The notes beneath the pieces are model-generated. The model made no database searches. It was not told the DNA's origin and saw only the letters and a program-made list of their open reading frames with translations. A stretch of DNA of 41,496 nucleotides from an uncultured bacterium (lineage in GTDB: Bacteria > Auribacterota > Erginobacteria > Erginobacterales > Erginobacteraceae), in the NCBI GenBank assembly GCA_963822585.1, contig CAWGIE010000040.1, positions 1 to 41,496 of the forward strand. The letters are read 5' to 3'. The position numbers and the translations under genes were made by a program. Shown here in pieces: positions 17,990-26,468 of the stretch (its first letter is position 1; each line of letters opens with the position of its first letter).

Positions 17990-19363
17990 TTACTTTGTCG
18001 GTTCAGGCGTGTCTTCCCCCGGTTTCTCCCCGACCGCCAGGATGGAGGATCCGAAGGGAAATTTCGCCCGCCGGAGCCAGAGGGCCTCGGACGAAAAAAC
18101 CAGACCGAGCAGGCGGTTGACGAAATCGGGGGGGATGGTGAACTCGAACCCCTCCCGCCGGAAGCCCAGCAGCTTCTCCAGCCCCCGGGAGATAAGACGG
18201 ACCAGGGCCACCGGGAGGAAGAGCAGGCTGCAGAAATAGGTGCTCCGGCGGACGGCGAACCCCGCCTCCCCGAGCAGGCGCCGCACCGGACCGATCCGGT
18301 ACCGGCGGCGGTGACGGTTCAGGTCGTCATGGTGGCTCCACAGCCACCGGTACGCCGGAACAGTCAGGAGAAGTCGGCCTCCCGGCTTGAGCACCCGCCT
18401 GTATTCGGTCAACGCCCCGAGGTCATCATCAATGTGCTCGATCACGTCGAGGGCGACAAGCAGGTCGAACGATGAATCGGGGAAGGGAAGGCGGTCCTCT
18501 TCCTCCATCAGGCGGACGTCGCGGCAGCCGCGCTTCCGGGAACAGCGGACCGCCTCGGCTGAAATATCCACCCCCGTGGCGTTTCCCAGCGACTCCAGGC
18601 GTTTCAGGGTGGCGCCGGTGCCGCAGCCGATATCGAGAATAAGGACCGGCGGCAGCGGCAACAGTCTCCGGCAGAACCCGAGGACGATCCGGCGGCGACC
18701 GATAAACCACCAGTGGCTGTCCTCGGTCCGGTCGAAGTAGGTGTGAATGGTTTCCTCCGGGTGACGCCCCAGATCCAGCTTGGCCACCAGGAGAAGATGG
18801 GGAGGGAGCGGTTCCAGGTGGGCGGACACGGTATCCATACCGAATCCGTGGCGGCGGAGGAGTTCCTCCCACTCCCTCCGGCTCCGGAAACAGAGGCGTT
18901 CCGGGGGGCCGAAGTGAGCCTGTCCGGCCAGGGCGCGGGAAAGCCATTGCCAGAGCGGCTGGCGGTCAACCACCTCCATAACCAGCGGCGCGTCCGCCTT
19001 CAAAACCCGGGCGCAGCAGCTGATTAAAACTTCCTGAAGGCCATAATCCATTCGGGGGAGACTGCCGCAGATGACCGCCGCGTCCCATTTTGCTCCCGCG
19101 GGGGGAGGCTCCGGGGGAAACGCGATCCGGTCTATCACTGCGGAGGGACAATCCATTCCCGCCGGCGCCGAAGGTTCGGGGAAGCAGCACACAATCTTCC
19201 GCCCGGGCGAGCGTTCCGCCAGACGGGAGGCCGGCAGGACCGCTCCCTCTCCCCCGATAACAAGAATCCTCCCTTCGCCCGGGAGATGGGCATCGATCCT
19301 TTCGAGCAGGTCCCGAGACAGGGAACCGGGAAAGATGCCTTTCACCTTTTCATTTCCTCCCAC
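17990..19363 (-). CDS. Two-domain methyltransferase (degenerate N-terminal domain plus intact C-terminal class I SAM MTase)
   Basis: C-domain: EDSHWWF, ILDIGCGTG, LPFPDSSFD, DVIEH, LKPGG, HRRRY. N-domain motif I reads LVIGGEG. The start could instead be the GTG at 19345. Confidence 0.85.
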   Translation of the reverse strand: MGGNEKVKGIFPGSLSRDLLERIDAHLPGEGRILVIGGEGAVLPASRLAERSPGRKIVCCFPEPSAPAGMDCPSAVIDRIAFPPEPPPAGAKWDAAVICGSLPRMDYGLQEVLISCCARVLKADAPLVMEVVDRQPLWQWLSRALAGQAHFGPPERLCFRSRREWEELLRRHGFGMDTVSAHLEPLPPHLLLVAKLDLGRHPEETIHTYFDRTEDSHWWFIGRRRIVLGFCRRLLPLPPVLILDIGCGTGATLKRLESLGNATGVDISAEAVRCSRKRGCRDVRLMEEEDRLPFPDSSFDLLVALDVIEHIDDDLGALTEYRRVLKPGGRLLLTVPAYRWLWSHHDDLNRHRRRYRIGPVRRLLGEAGFAVRRSTYFCSLLFLPVALVRLISRGLEKLLGFRREGFEFTIPPDFVNRLLGLVFSSEALWLRRAKFPFGSSILAVGEKPGEDTPEPTK

Positions 19364-19991
19364 CGACGACGTATAGGGAAAGAAGCAGACCGACGACCAG
19401 TATGGCCAGAGCCACGCCGATCACTATCATCCGGGCACGCGCGTAGGCGGAGATGAGGCGCTCCTTGGCCCGGAGCCCCATCTTGATGTAATCTTTTTCC
19501 ATGCGCTTTCCCACCGACTCCGCCAGCTGGAAGAGATGGCGTCCCTCGGTGTTGCTCAGTTCCTGGGCGAGCCGGTCGTTGTCCTCTTCTTCCCGGTCCC
19601 GGGAGAGAGCCAGCACCCGGGCCTGGACGACACGGTACTCGTCCCACCGGGTCAGCAGGTTCTTGAACTCCTCCCGTTCCTCATCGCCGTCCAGGTTTTT
19701 TTCGAGTTGGTGGCGGGCATCTTCGAAGAGAGTGAGGGCGCCGTCGATCCTCTCCTCTGCGGATCGGTGCTCTTCCCCGGTGGTGCTGATGATGTGATTT
19801 TTCTCCCCCAGGCGGACCCGGTACATTGCCAGCTCGAGGTCCCTGATACCGGCCACGCTGGGGAGGGTGTCGTCGGATATCTCCCGGGCGGATTTTTCCA
19901 GCCGGCCGACCTCGATAAAAATCACCAGACAAACCGCCAGGGCGATGACCATCATCAGCCCTCCCCCCCCCAGCTGCAGGCCGACTTTCAT
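19350..19991 (-). CDS. Stand-alone MCP four-helix-bundle (4HB) sensor-domain membrane protein
   Basis: TM1, then ISDDTLPSV...LGEKNHII...EREEFKNL..RWDEY, then TM2, then GGRK-stop. ATGA overlap with the upstream gene and a GGAGG RBS. Confidence 0.8.
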   Translation of the reverse strand: MKVGLQLGGGGLMMVIALAVCLVIFIEVGRLEKSAREISDDTLPSVAGIRDLELAMYRVRLGEKNHIISTTGEEHRSAEERIDGALTLFEDARHQLEKNLDGDEEREEFKNLLTRWDEYRVVQARVLALSRDREEEDNDRLAQELSNTEGRHLFQLAESVGKRMEKDYIKMGLRAKERLISAYARARMIVIGVALAILVVGLLLSLYVVGGRK

Positions 19992-20659
19992 GCCTCCCCC
20001 CCCTGCTCATCCCGGGCCGGTCGGGGATTGTCCTTCCGGCAGACGAAAAGGACGTCCGAGAGCGGGATATCTTTATGGGCCGGGAAGGTGGCGACGGAGA
20101 ACCCGATACCGGCCAGGAGGTTGATCCAGTTTCCGGGCCGGCGGAAATTCTGGCGCTTTCCGAAGTTGAGGGTCCGGTCGATGAAGAAGTGCGCGATCCA
20201 TTTCCAGCGCGGTTCGTCGCCGACGTCCTCCATCAGGAGAAGACCGCGAAGAGGGAGGATGGCATAGCAATGACGAAGCAGCCGCTCCTGCTGGGGGTAG
20301 GTCAAATGATGCAGGAAGTCGCTCATAATGATACAGTCGAAGGTGTCCTGCCTGATCTCAAGGCCGTCCTGGTCCCGGAAGGTGATGTTGCTCCTCCCTT
20401 TAACCGACGTCTGGGCGGCCCTGATCCTCACTGCCTGTTTGTCGATCCCCACCACCCGCCGCTCGTTCCCGGTCAGGGCAAGATAGTTGGCCAGCATCCC
20501 CCGTCCGCAGCCGATATCGGCGATCCTCCCTTCGGGGGGGACATGGGCGGCGATGGTCATGAAGGGACAGAGACGCCAGCGCATCCTGACGTGCCAGCGC
20601 TGCCAGAAGGGAAGATCGGAGTAGAGGTTATACAGGTCTTTTGGAATCGGCGGAAGCAT
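19988..20659 (-). CDS. Class I SAM-dependent methyltransferase
   Basis: IADIGCGRG, VGID, FDCIIMSDFLHHL. Confidence 0.9.
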   Translation of the reverse strand: MLPPIPKDLYNLYSDLPFWQRWHVRMRWRLCPFMTIAAHVPPEGRIADIGCGRGMLANYLALTGNERRVVGIDKQAVRIRAAQTSVKGRSNITFRDQDGLEIRQDTFDCIIMSDFLHHLTYPQQERLLRHCYAILPLRGLLLMEDVGDEPRWKWIAHFFIDRTLNFGKRQNFRRPGNWINLLAGIGFSVATFPAHKDIPLSDVLFVCRKDNPRPARDEQGGEA

Positions 20660-20732
20660 GTTGCTTTATAGAATCTCTTGTTTCGCGGGGGATATCATCG
20701 TTACAAAACCGGACAAAAATAAAAACGACCTT

Positions 20733-20955
20733 AAAATACGAAATACGAAATACGAAATAATATCAAAATCACAATGACCAAACCACCCCAACGCCTTCTT
20801 GCCTTGGACACTGTTAACTAATCAAACCAACCAGCAACTAATCCCTAATGTGATCGAGGTTTTTCTTAAACAATTTTTCTTTTTCGGCCGATTTTTACAT
20901 TTAAGTTTTGGATTTTGAATTTCTTTCGGATTTCGATATTCGGATTTCGAATTTT
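20733..20955. repeat. Inverted 7-mer tandem-repeat element
   Basis: Left arm (aaatacg)x3 aaataa tatcaaaatc; right arm ttttggattttgaatttctt tcggatt tcgatat tcggatt tcgaatt tt; AT-rich non-coding core. Confidence 0.8.
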
Positions 20956-21026
20956 CCCTCGCCCTCTATATTTGAACCCTCTTTCATGGTAAAGACTCTT
21001 AACCAATTAAGAGAGCTCTTCATTCC

Positions 21027-22025
21027 TTATAAATCCTTGGGCGAGGGGTTGTACCCCCGGATCAGCCACCAGCTCCCCTGGATCACCCCCAGGGACCAGG
21101 CCATTTTGGTCAGGAACTTGAACGGCATCATCAGGATATAGCGGGGCCCCTTCTTCATCGACCAGATCGTCATCCGCAGGTGACTGAGCAGCGAGAGGAC
21201 CAGCAGGGTGACGAAGATCCAGGGATACCAGGGGATGAGAACGATCGAGAGCAGGGTGAAAAAATGAAGGAGCAGCTTGACGTACTCAAACACGGTTCCC
21301 CGCTGGTCGGTGAACCTCCCGGTCCGGCGGACGTAGAGGAACTTATGGCGGGCGGTCTTGAAATGACGCTGGAGATGCTTGAAGAGGCGGTCCCGGAAAT
21401 AATGCCGGACCCGGACGTCCTTGAGGATCTTGATGGTGTAGCCGGCATGGACCATCCGGTAAGCGAAATCCACGTCCTCAACCAGGGGGAGCGATTCGTC
21501 GAAATAGCCGATCTCGTCGAAAATCTTTTTCTTGATGGCGAAGCAGTATCCCCAGAAAAAATCCGGCTCGTCAAGCTCGTGGATGAAGTACTCATATCCC
21601 CGGAAAATCAGGGAAGCTACCAGGTTCTCCGGGTTGCTGATGTCCCACCAGGACATGACCACCCCCCGTTTCTCATCGGCGAGCAGCGGCTTCACCATCC
21701 GGCTGATCAGATCGGAGGGGACCTTGAGGTCGGAGTCCATGGTGATGACGATCTCGCCCCGGGCGGCCCGGATCGCCTGGTTGCGGGCCGCCGATATTCC
21801 CAGATGGGGCCCGCTGATCAGCTTGACCGGGTACTGCCGGACCACGTCCGGGGTGTTGTCGGTCGAGCCGTCGTCCACCACGATCACCTCGTAATCCGGG
21901 TAGTCCTGGGGGAGGAGGCTCTCCAGGCATTCTCCGATCATCTTCGCGTTATTGTAGATCGGGGTGATAACCGTTACTTTTGGCAGTCCTGCATTCTCCG
22001 TACGTATATTTTTATTGATTGTCAT
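21027..22025 (-). CDS. GT2 glycosyltransferase with C-terminal membrane segments
   Basis: VITPIYN, VVDDGSTD, SAARN, MDSD, GYFDE, EDVDF. ATG at 22025 preferred. Confidence 0.92.
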   Translation of the reverse strand: MTINKNIRTENAGLPKVTVITPIYNNAKMIGECLESLLPQDYPDYEVIVVDDGSTDNTPDVVRQYPVKLISGPHLGISAARNQAIRAARGEIVITMDSDLKVPSDLISRMVKPLLADEKRGVVMSWWDISNPENLVASLIFRGYEYFIHELDEPDFFWGYCFAIKKKIFDEIGYFDESLPLVEDVDFAYRMVHAGYTIKILKDVRVRHYFRDRLFKHLQRHFKTARHKFLYVRRTGRFTDQRGTVFEYVKLLLHFFTLLSIVLIPWYPWIFVTLLVLSLLSHLRMTIWSMKKGPRYILMMPFKFLTKMAWSLGVIQGSWWLIRGYNPSPKDL

Positions 22026-22084
22026 CGGCTTGTTCGTGCTTTTTAGCAACGCCGGCGGTGCAGATGCCGGATAGATAGCAAAAA

Positions 22085-22224
22085 GGAGTACTGGAGCATT
22101 GGAATATTTGTTTACCCGGCTTGACGGATTGTTTTCACTCGGCGCCGGACGCCGATATAGCGGCTGGCAGGTCCGGCGGGCGGTGTTCCATCATTCCACT
22201 ATTCCACTACTCCATTACTCCATC
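22085..22224. repeat. Inverted 8-mer tandem-repeat element (TGGAGTAN family)
   Basis: ggagtact ggagcatt ggaatatt ... tccatcat tccactat tccactac tccattac tccatc; internal hairpin cgccggac...gtccggcg. Confidence 0.8.
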
Positions 22225-22286
22225 AGGTGCATCCCCAACCACCGCTATTCATATAATGCAACAAATATCAAGAAGATTATAATTTA

Positions 22287-23357
22287 TCAGATTGCCCCCG
22301 TGCTCACCAGATAATAATACACCTGACCGGCAATCACTTTCTGCCCTTCCGGAGAAGGATGCGATCCACGGAAGAGCTTCTTCCCCTCCCCCGCAGCCTG
22401 CTGAAAGGCTTTCTGGCAGTCCACGATCTCCACGCCCTGAAGGGACAAATTGTCTCTCAGGGTGATCAGGTAGGAGTGATAGTACTGGATCCTCTCTTTG
22501 AGAGGAATCAAGACCAATATAAAGCGCCTCCCCTCGTCTTCCACCTCCTTCCGCCATCTTTCAATGAGCCGTTGAGCCAGCAGGACACTTTCAGCATACT
22601 TGTTTATGACAATATTCTTTTCCTGGTAGACATGCGGAGGGATTTCAGGTGTTTCCAACAGCTTTTCGGGGGGGAAGAGACGCTCCAGAAGATACGACCG
22701 GTTCAGAGCGAACAGGATAGTATACCACCGTACCCGGCGGCGATCATCATCAAGTTTTAAGGGGACCGGCACATTGGTACATTCCAGTTCACCGTCCCGC
22801 CAGACAAAGCGGGGCTTCTGGCGTCCGCCCGGTTGCCACCTTGATTTAATCATTCGCATCATATCCCAGCTGATAATGGCGGCAATCACAACCCGGGGCC
22901 GGATTATATCCTTCTCCTCCTGATAGAGCAGATACATCTGATCGATCCCGTAGGCGCAGACCCCCAGATTGGCTACCCCGACATCCGGCTGATCGATCAT
23001 CCGTCCCAGAAGATAGGGCCAGGCTTCATAGCCATCCACGCCATCGCCAAAAGTAAAGGAATCTCCCAGAGCGGCAATAACCTTTTCCGGGAGGGGCCGA
23101 TCAATTTCATTCTCATTACCGATCCGGTACCCATGGCAATCGGTGACGACACCCTTTCCCGACACCCCGGGAATATGTTTCCAGCCCACCTCTTCATCAT
23201 ACCGGCACCAGACCACTGTGTCTCTCTCCGGAGCCGGAATAGAAGAGATCCGGATAATCTCATAGACCCGATATCCTGCCTCACAAAAAAAGAGGAAAAG
23301 CAGCACCGTGATCCCCGTCAGCAGGATATTAATACATGGTCTTCCTGGAGAACTCAT
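22287..23357 (-). CDS. Membrane-anchored SGNH/GDSL family protein
   Basis: TM helix; YDEEVGW, LGDSFTFG, NLGVCAYG, KPRF, SHPSPEG; paralogous to 8756-9997. ATG at 23357 preferred because it avoids the overlap. Confidence 0.85.
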   Translation of the reverse strand: MSSPGRPCINILLTGITVLLFLFFCEAGYRVYEIIRISSIPAPERDTVVWCRYDEEVGWKHIPGVSGKGVVTDCHGYRIGNENEIDRPLPEKVIAALGDSFTFGDGVDGYEAWPYLLGRMIDQPDVGVANLGVCAYGIDQMYLLYQEEKDIIRPRVVIAAIISWDMMRMIKSRWQPGGRQKPRFVWRDGELECTNVPVPLKLDDDRRRVRWYTILFALNRSYLLERLFPPEKLLETPEIPPHVYQEKNIVINKYAESVLLAQRLIERWRKEVEDEGRRFILVLIPLKERIQYYHSYLITLRDNLSLQGVEIVDCQKAFQQAAGEGKKLFRGSHPSPEGQKVIAGQVYYYLVSTGAI

Positions 23358-23397
23358 ACTCGCTCCGATAATTGATATGCCATCTGTTGTAGATGAG

Positions 23398-26151
23398 TCA
23401 CCTATACTCATTCCCCGCCAGCCAGTGATAAAGCGAGGGAACAAAGTTGATTGACGTAACCCTATCGCGAGAGGCTACGGATACCTTTAGCTGAAACCAC
23501 CATTGATCTCCAAACTCCGGATTGATGAAAGACGGGGTTTCGGGCGGCGTTTCGTTCTTTCTCGAGTCAAATGTCCACTCTCGGAAGAGCTGGCCATTCC
23601 GGTACAGTTGGAAGAGCATCGGGGAATCATCACCCGACTCCGGCTGATTATCCAGATTCAATTCGATCCGGTATCGCCCCCGCGGGAGATAGAATACACG
23701 GGGAGAGGCCAGCCGGAATCCCTTTAAACTATCCCCCTTCACCTCCAGGTCCTTATGCCGCCAGATGCTTCCGGCCCGGGTCTCCAGCCAGTCAACGGGG
23801 AAACCCGTTTCTTTTTGAAAAGCATCTCTCCACCGATCCGATTGAACCGGTCTCATCACCAGATCTTCGACGAGGGGGTAGGTATCCGGGCATAACTTCT
23901 TTAGAACAGCCTGAGGGGGAAATGTCTCTTGCCGGAGACCGGCCTGACCGGCGGCAGATTCAATCAGACAGGGGATATACCAGTCTCCGGGGGATTCTTT
24001 TGCCGCCTGATTCAGAAATTGGATAGCCTGATCCCAGCACTTTTCTTCCCAGTAAGCCAAGCCGATCCGAGCGGCATCGGGCAGGATCCGGACCAGGCAG
24101 GCCCCCTCTCCCTGAAGGGATACGTTAACCCGATAAGAGTTTTTAAAACGGAATATATCACGGTCGGGGTGTCCTACCACCACTCTCGCCTGACCGGGGG
24201 CTAATTCCATCTTCCACAATCGGCGGCCGAGCTTCAGTCTTGCCTCAACGCGATGAGGCCCGTTGATAATCTCCACGCCCAGCGCGGAGAGAGCCACCGG
24301 GGAGATGAGCAGCCGTCGGCCCGAATGGTCGCTATCCACAATCATGTTGGTATCTCCCTCACACTGCCCCAGTTCATTCAGAAAGAGCAGGGGTGCCGAT
24401 GACGTGGAAAGATCATTCTGAAAGTGCCGTAACAAACCTGAGTTCAATCCCTCCGGACTGAGGGGATACTTCTCTTTTACCCGGTAGATTTTAGAATAGC
24501 CGGCCTTGTACGGTATCGGTCCCATATCGAATGTCTTGATCAGATTATAATATCGGGAGATATCCAGATAACTTTTGCCGTAGGGATGATCCGGGCCGAA
24601 CAGCCCGGTCTCCTCCAGGGCCCGGCGTTCATGGCGGGAGGAGACAACCAGATAATCAACCCCGGTTTCTTTCAGCTTCTTAATATCCGCCCCCCAGATT
24701 GCCCTGACTCGATGGGAGGGATAACGCTCCTTATCAAGGTCAACCGTCTTGGACTCCAGGATCACCTGGCTGCCGGGAGGAATATTTCGGGCGAACCATC
24801 GGGTGGCAAAATACTTCGAAGAGAGCTGCCAGTAGCCATAATCCAATCGTACCACCGTCAACAGATAGGGCCAGAGAAGCACCCCCCCCCCGATAAGCAT
24901 CGCCCGGCCGATTCGCCTATCCTTGACGAGCAGGAGCCGAAAAACAGACTCTAAAAACATCGACGCCAGAAGCGCAAAAAATCCATAGAGAGGAATGGTA
25001 TCCTGATACCTGACCCCGGGGGAAGCCACCAGGACGGCGGCGATAAGATAGACGACCGGAAAAGATGCTAAAAAGAGGAGCCTTCTCTCCCTCTTCACCG
25101 CCGCCATGATGATTCCTCCCAGGCCTAAGACCAGAATGTATCCCCCCATGCCCGATACCATTCCGGATGAAAAACGAACAAAATTAATCAAATTATTTCG
25201 GCGAATCTGGAAAAAAGAGAGAGGCCGGGCCTGGGTACCCAGGCCACCGAACATAGCCTGTGTCTCAGTCCGGGAGATTAAATCGTGAAGATTGTTGATA
25301 ATATAGGGCAACTCAAGATAGAACAATGGATAGGAAACAATAAAGATGATCAAAAAGATCACACCGGAGATGACAATTTTTCGGTCAATCAACCGGCGGA
25401 TAAACGGTTGATTGATCGGACGAAACTCACCCCAGAGATGGGCCAGTAAGATCGTTACGATGATGGGGGCGGTATTCTGTTTGCTGTTTACCGCCAAGGC
25501 GGAGAACACCGCCGCCAGAACATAATCGATTGTCTTCCCCTTCAGAAAAATTCGGGTGCTGAACAGAAAAGCTGCCATCAGAAAAAAAGCCGCGATGATA
25601 TCATTCTTCATCCAGTGACAGTTGGCGACATGATAACCGATAAAAGCCATGAGCGCAGCCGCCAGAAGGCCGGACCGCCGGTCCCGCAATTTTTTCCCGA
25701 TCACATAAACCAGGGGAACCGTTGCCGCCCCGAAGAGGGCCACTGTGAACCGGCCGATATAGAGCGCCTCCCGCTCGCTTATACCCTGCCGGAGGGGAAA
25801 GGGGATGGGTACCACGGAATCGACTCGATACCCTGAGATCGCCACCATCTGATTAATAATACTGGAGAAAAAGAAACGTAACCCGGTAAAGAGATGATAG
25901 ATCACAGCGACCAGATACATGCTGAACCAGGAATAAAATACATAGAGAAAGTGGCGGGAAGCCCAGATATCCCGGGGATTCAGGCTGCCGCGATAGAATT
26001 TCAATGCCGTGCGCAGATGAATCTGTTCATCATGACTGAAACAGACCAGTTCACCATAGGCGATTCCCCATACCCGTACCCCCAGAGCAAGAATCGTCAA
26101 CAGTAGAAGGAGGAAGAAATAAATTCGGTTTTGATATCTGGCTCGATTCAT
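23398..26151 (-). CDS. Large GT-C glycosyltransferase (GT39-like) with extended C-terminal extracytoplasmic domain
   Basis: ALGVRVWGI..HDE, GRFTVALFG, HWMKND, many TM segments, then about 450 aa of soluble sequence. Confidence 0.85.
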   Translation of the reverse strand: MNRARYQNRIYFFLLLLLTILALGVRVWGIAYGELVCFSHDEQIHLRTALKFYRGSLNPRDIWASRHFLYVFYSWFSMYLVAVIYHLFTGLRFFFSSIINQMVAISGYRVDSVVPIPFPLRQGISEREALYIGRFTVALFGAATVPLVYVIGKKLRDRRSGLLAAALMAFIGYHVANCHWMKNDIIAAFFLMAAFLFSTRIFLKGKTIDYVLAAVFSALAVNSKQNTAPIIVTILLAHLWGEFRPINQPFIRRLIDRKIVISGVIFLIIFIVSYPLFYLELPYIINNLHDLISRTETQAMFGGLGTQARPLSFFQIRRNNLINFVRFSSGMVSGMGGYILVLGLGGIIMAAVKRERRLLFLASFPVVYLIAAVLVASPGVRYQDTIPLYGFFALLASMFLESVFRLLLVKDRRIGRAMLIGGGVLLWPYLLTVVRLDYGYWQLSSKYFATRWFARNIPPGSQVILESKTVDLDKERYPSHRVRAIWGADIKKLKETGVDYLVVSSRHERRALEETGLFGPDHPYGKSYLDISRYYNLIKTFDMGPIPYKAGYSKIYRVKEKYPLSPEGLNSGLLRHFQNDLSTSSAPLLFLNELGQCEGDTNMIVDSDHSGRRLLISPVALSALGVEIINGPHRVEARLKLGRRLWKMELAPGQARVVVGHPDRDIFRFKNSYRVNVSLQGEGACLVRILPDAARIGLAYWEEKCWDQAIQFLNQAAKESPGDWYIPCLIESAAGQAGLRQETFPPQAVLKKLCPDTYPLVEDLVMRPVQSDRWRDAFQKETGFPVDWLETRAGSIWRHKDLEVKGDSLKGFRLASPRVFYLPRGRYRIELNLDNQPESGDDSPMLFQLYRNGQLFREWTFDSRKNETPPETPSFINPEFGDQWWFQLKVSVASRDRVTSINFVPSLYHWLAGNEYR

Positions 26152-26468
26152 GTATATATATAAATTCGGTTTGTCCGAACGATTGCAATTATTAAAACGA
26201 TCTCCGCGCGGTCAGTACTCCGACCAGGAGAATGATTACGGTCACTAGCCGGATCGGGAAGATAAGAATTGTCAGGGATAAGGTATCTTCAATATAGACA
26301 GGCTTCAATCCCGAGCAGATCTTCTCAGAAAAGATCTATCTAAATAACTTAAATACCCCTGATTGTAAACAATGAAATCGTTTTCACGGCAATCAACCCC
26401 GATTCTTTACCTCCCGCCGGGACAGATCGAAGGGGGTATCATTACCCGATCACGGATTATCTCCTGCG

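Noticed and set aside
14972..22046. Long plus-strand ORFs (14972-15994, 17165-17839, 19536-20267, 21180-22046)
   Set aside because: Each overlaps a motif-supported minus-strand gene.
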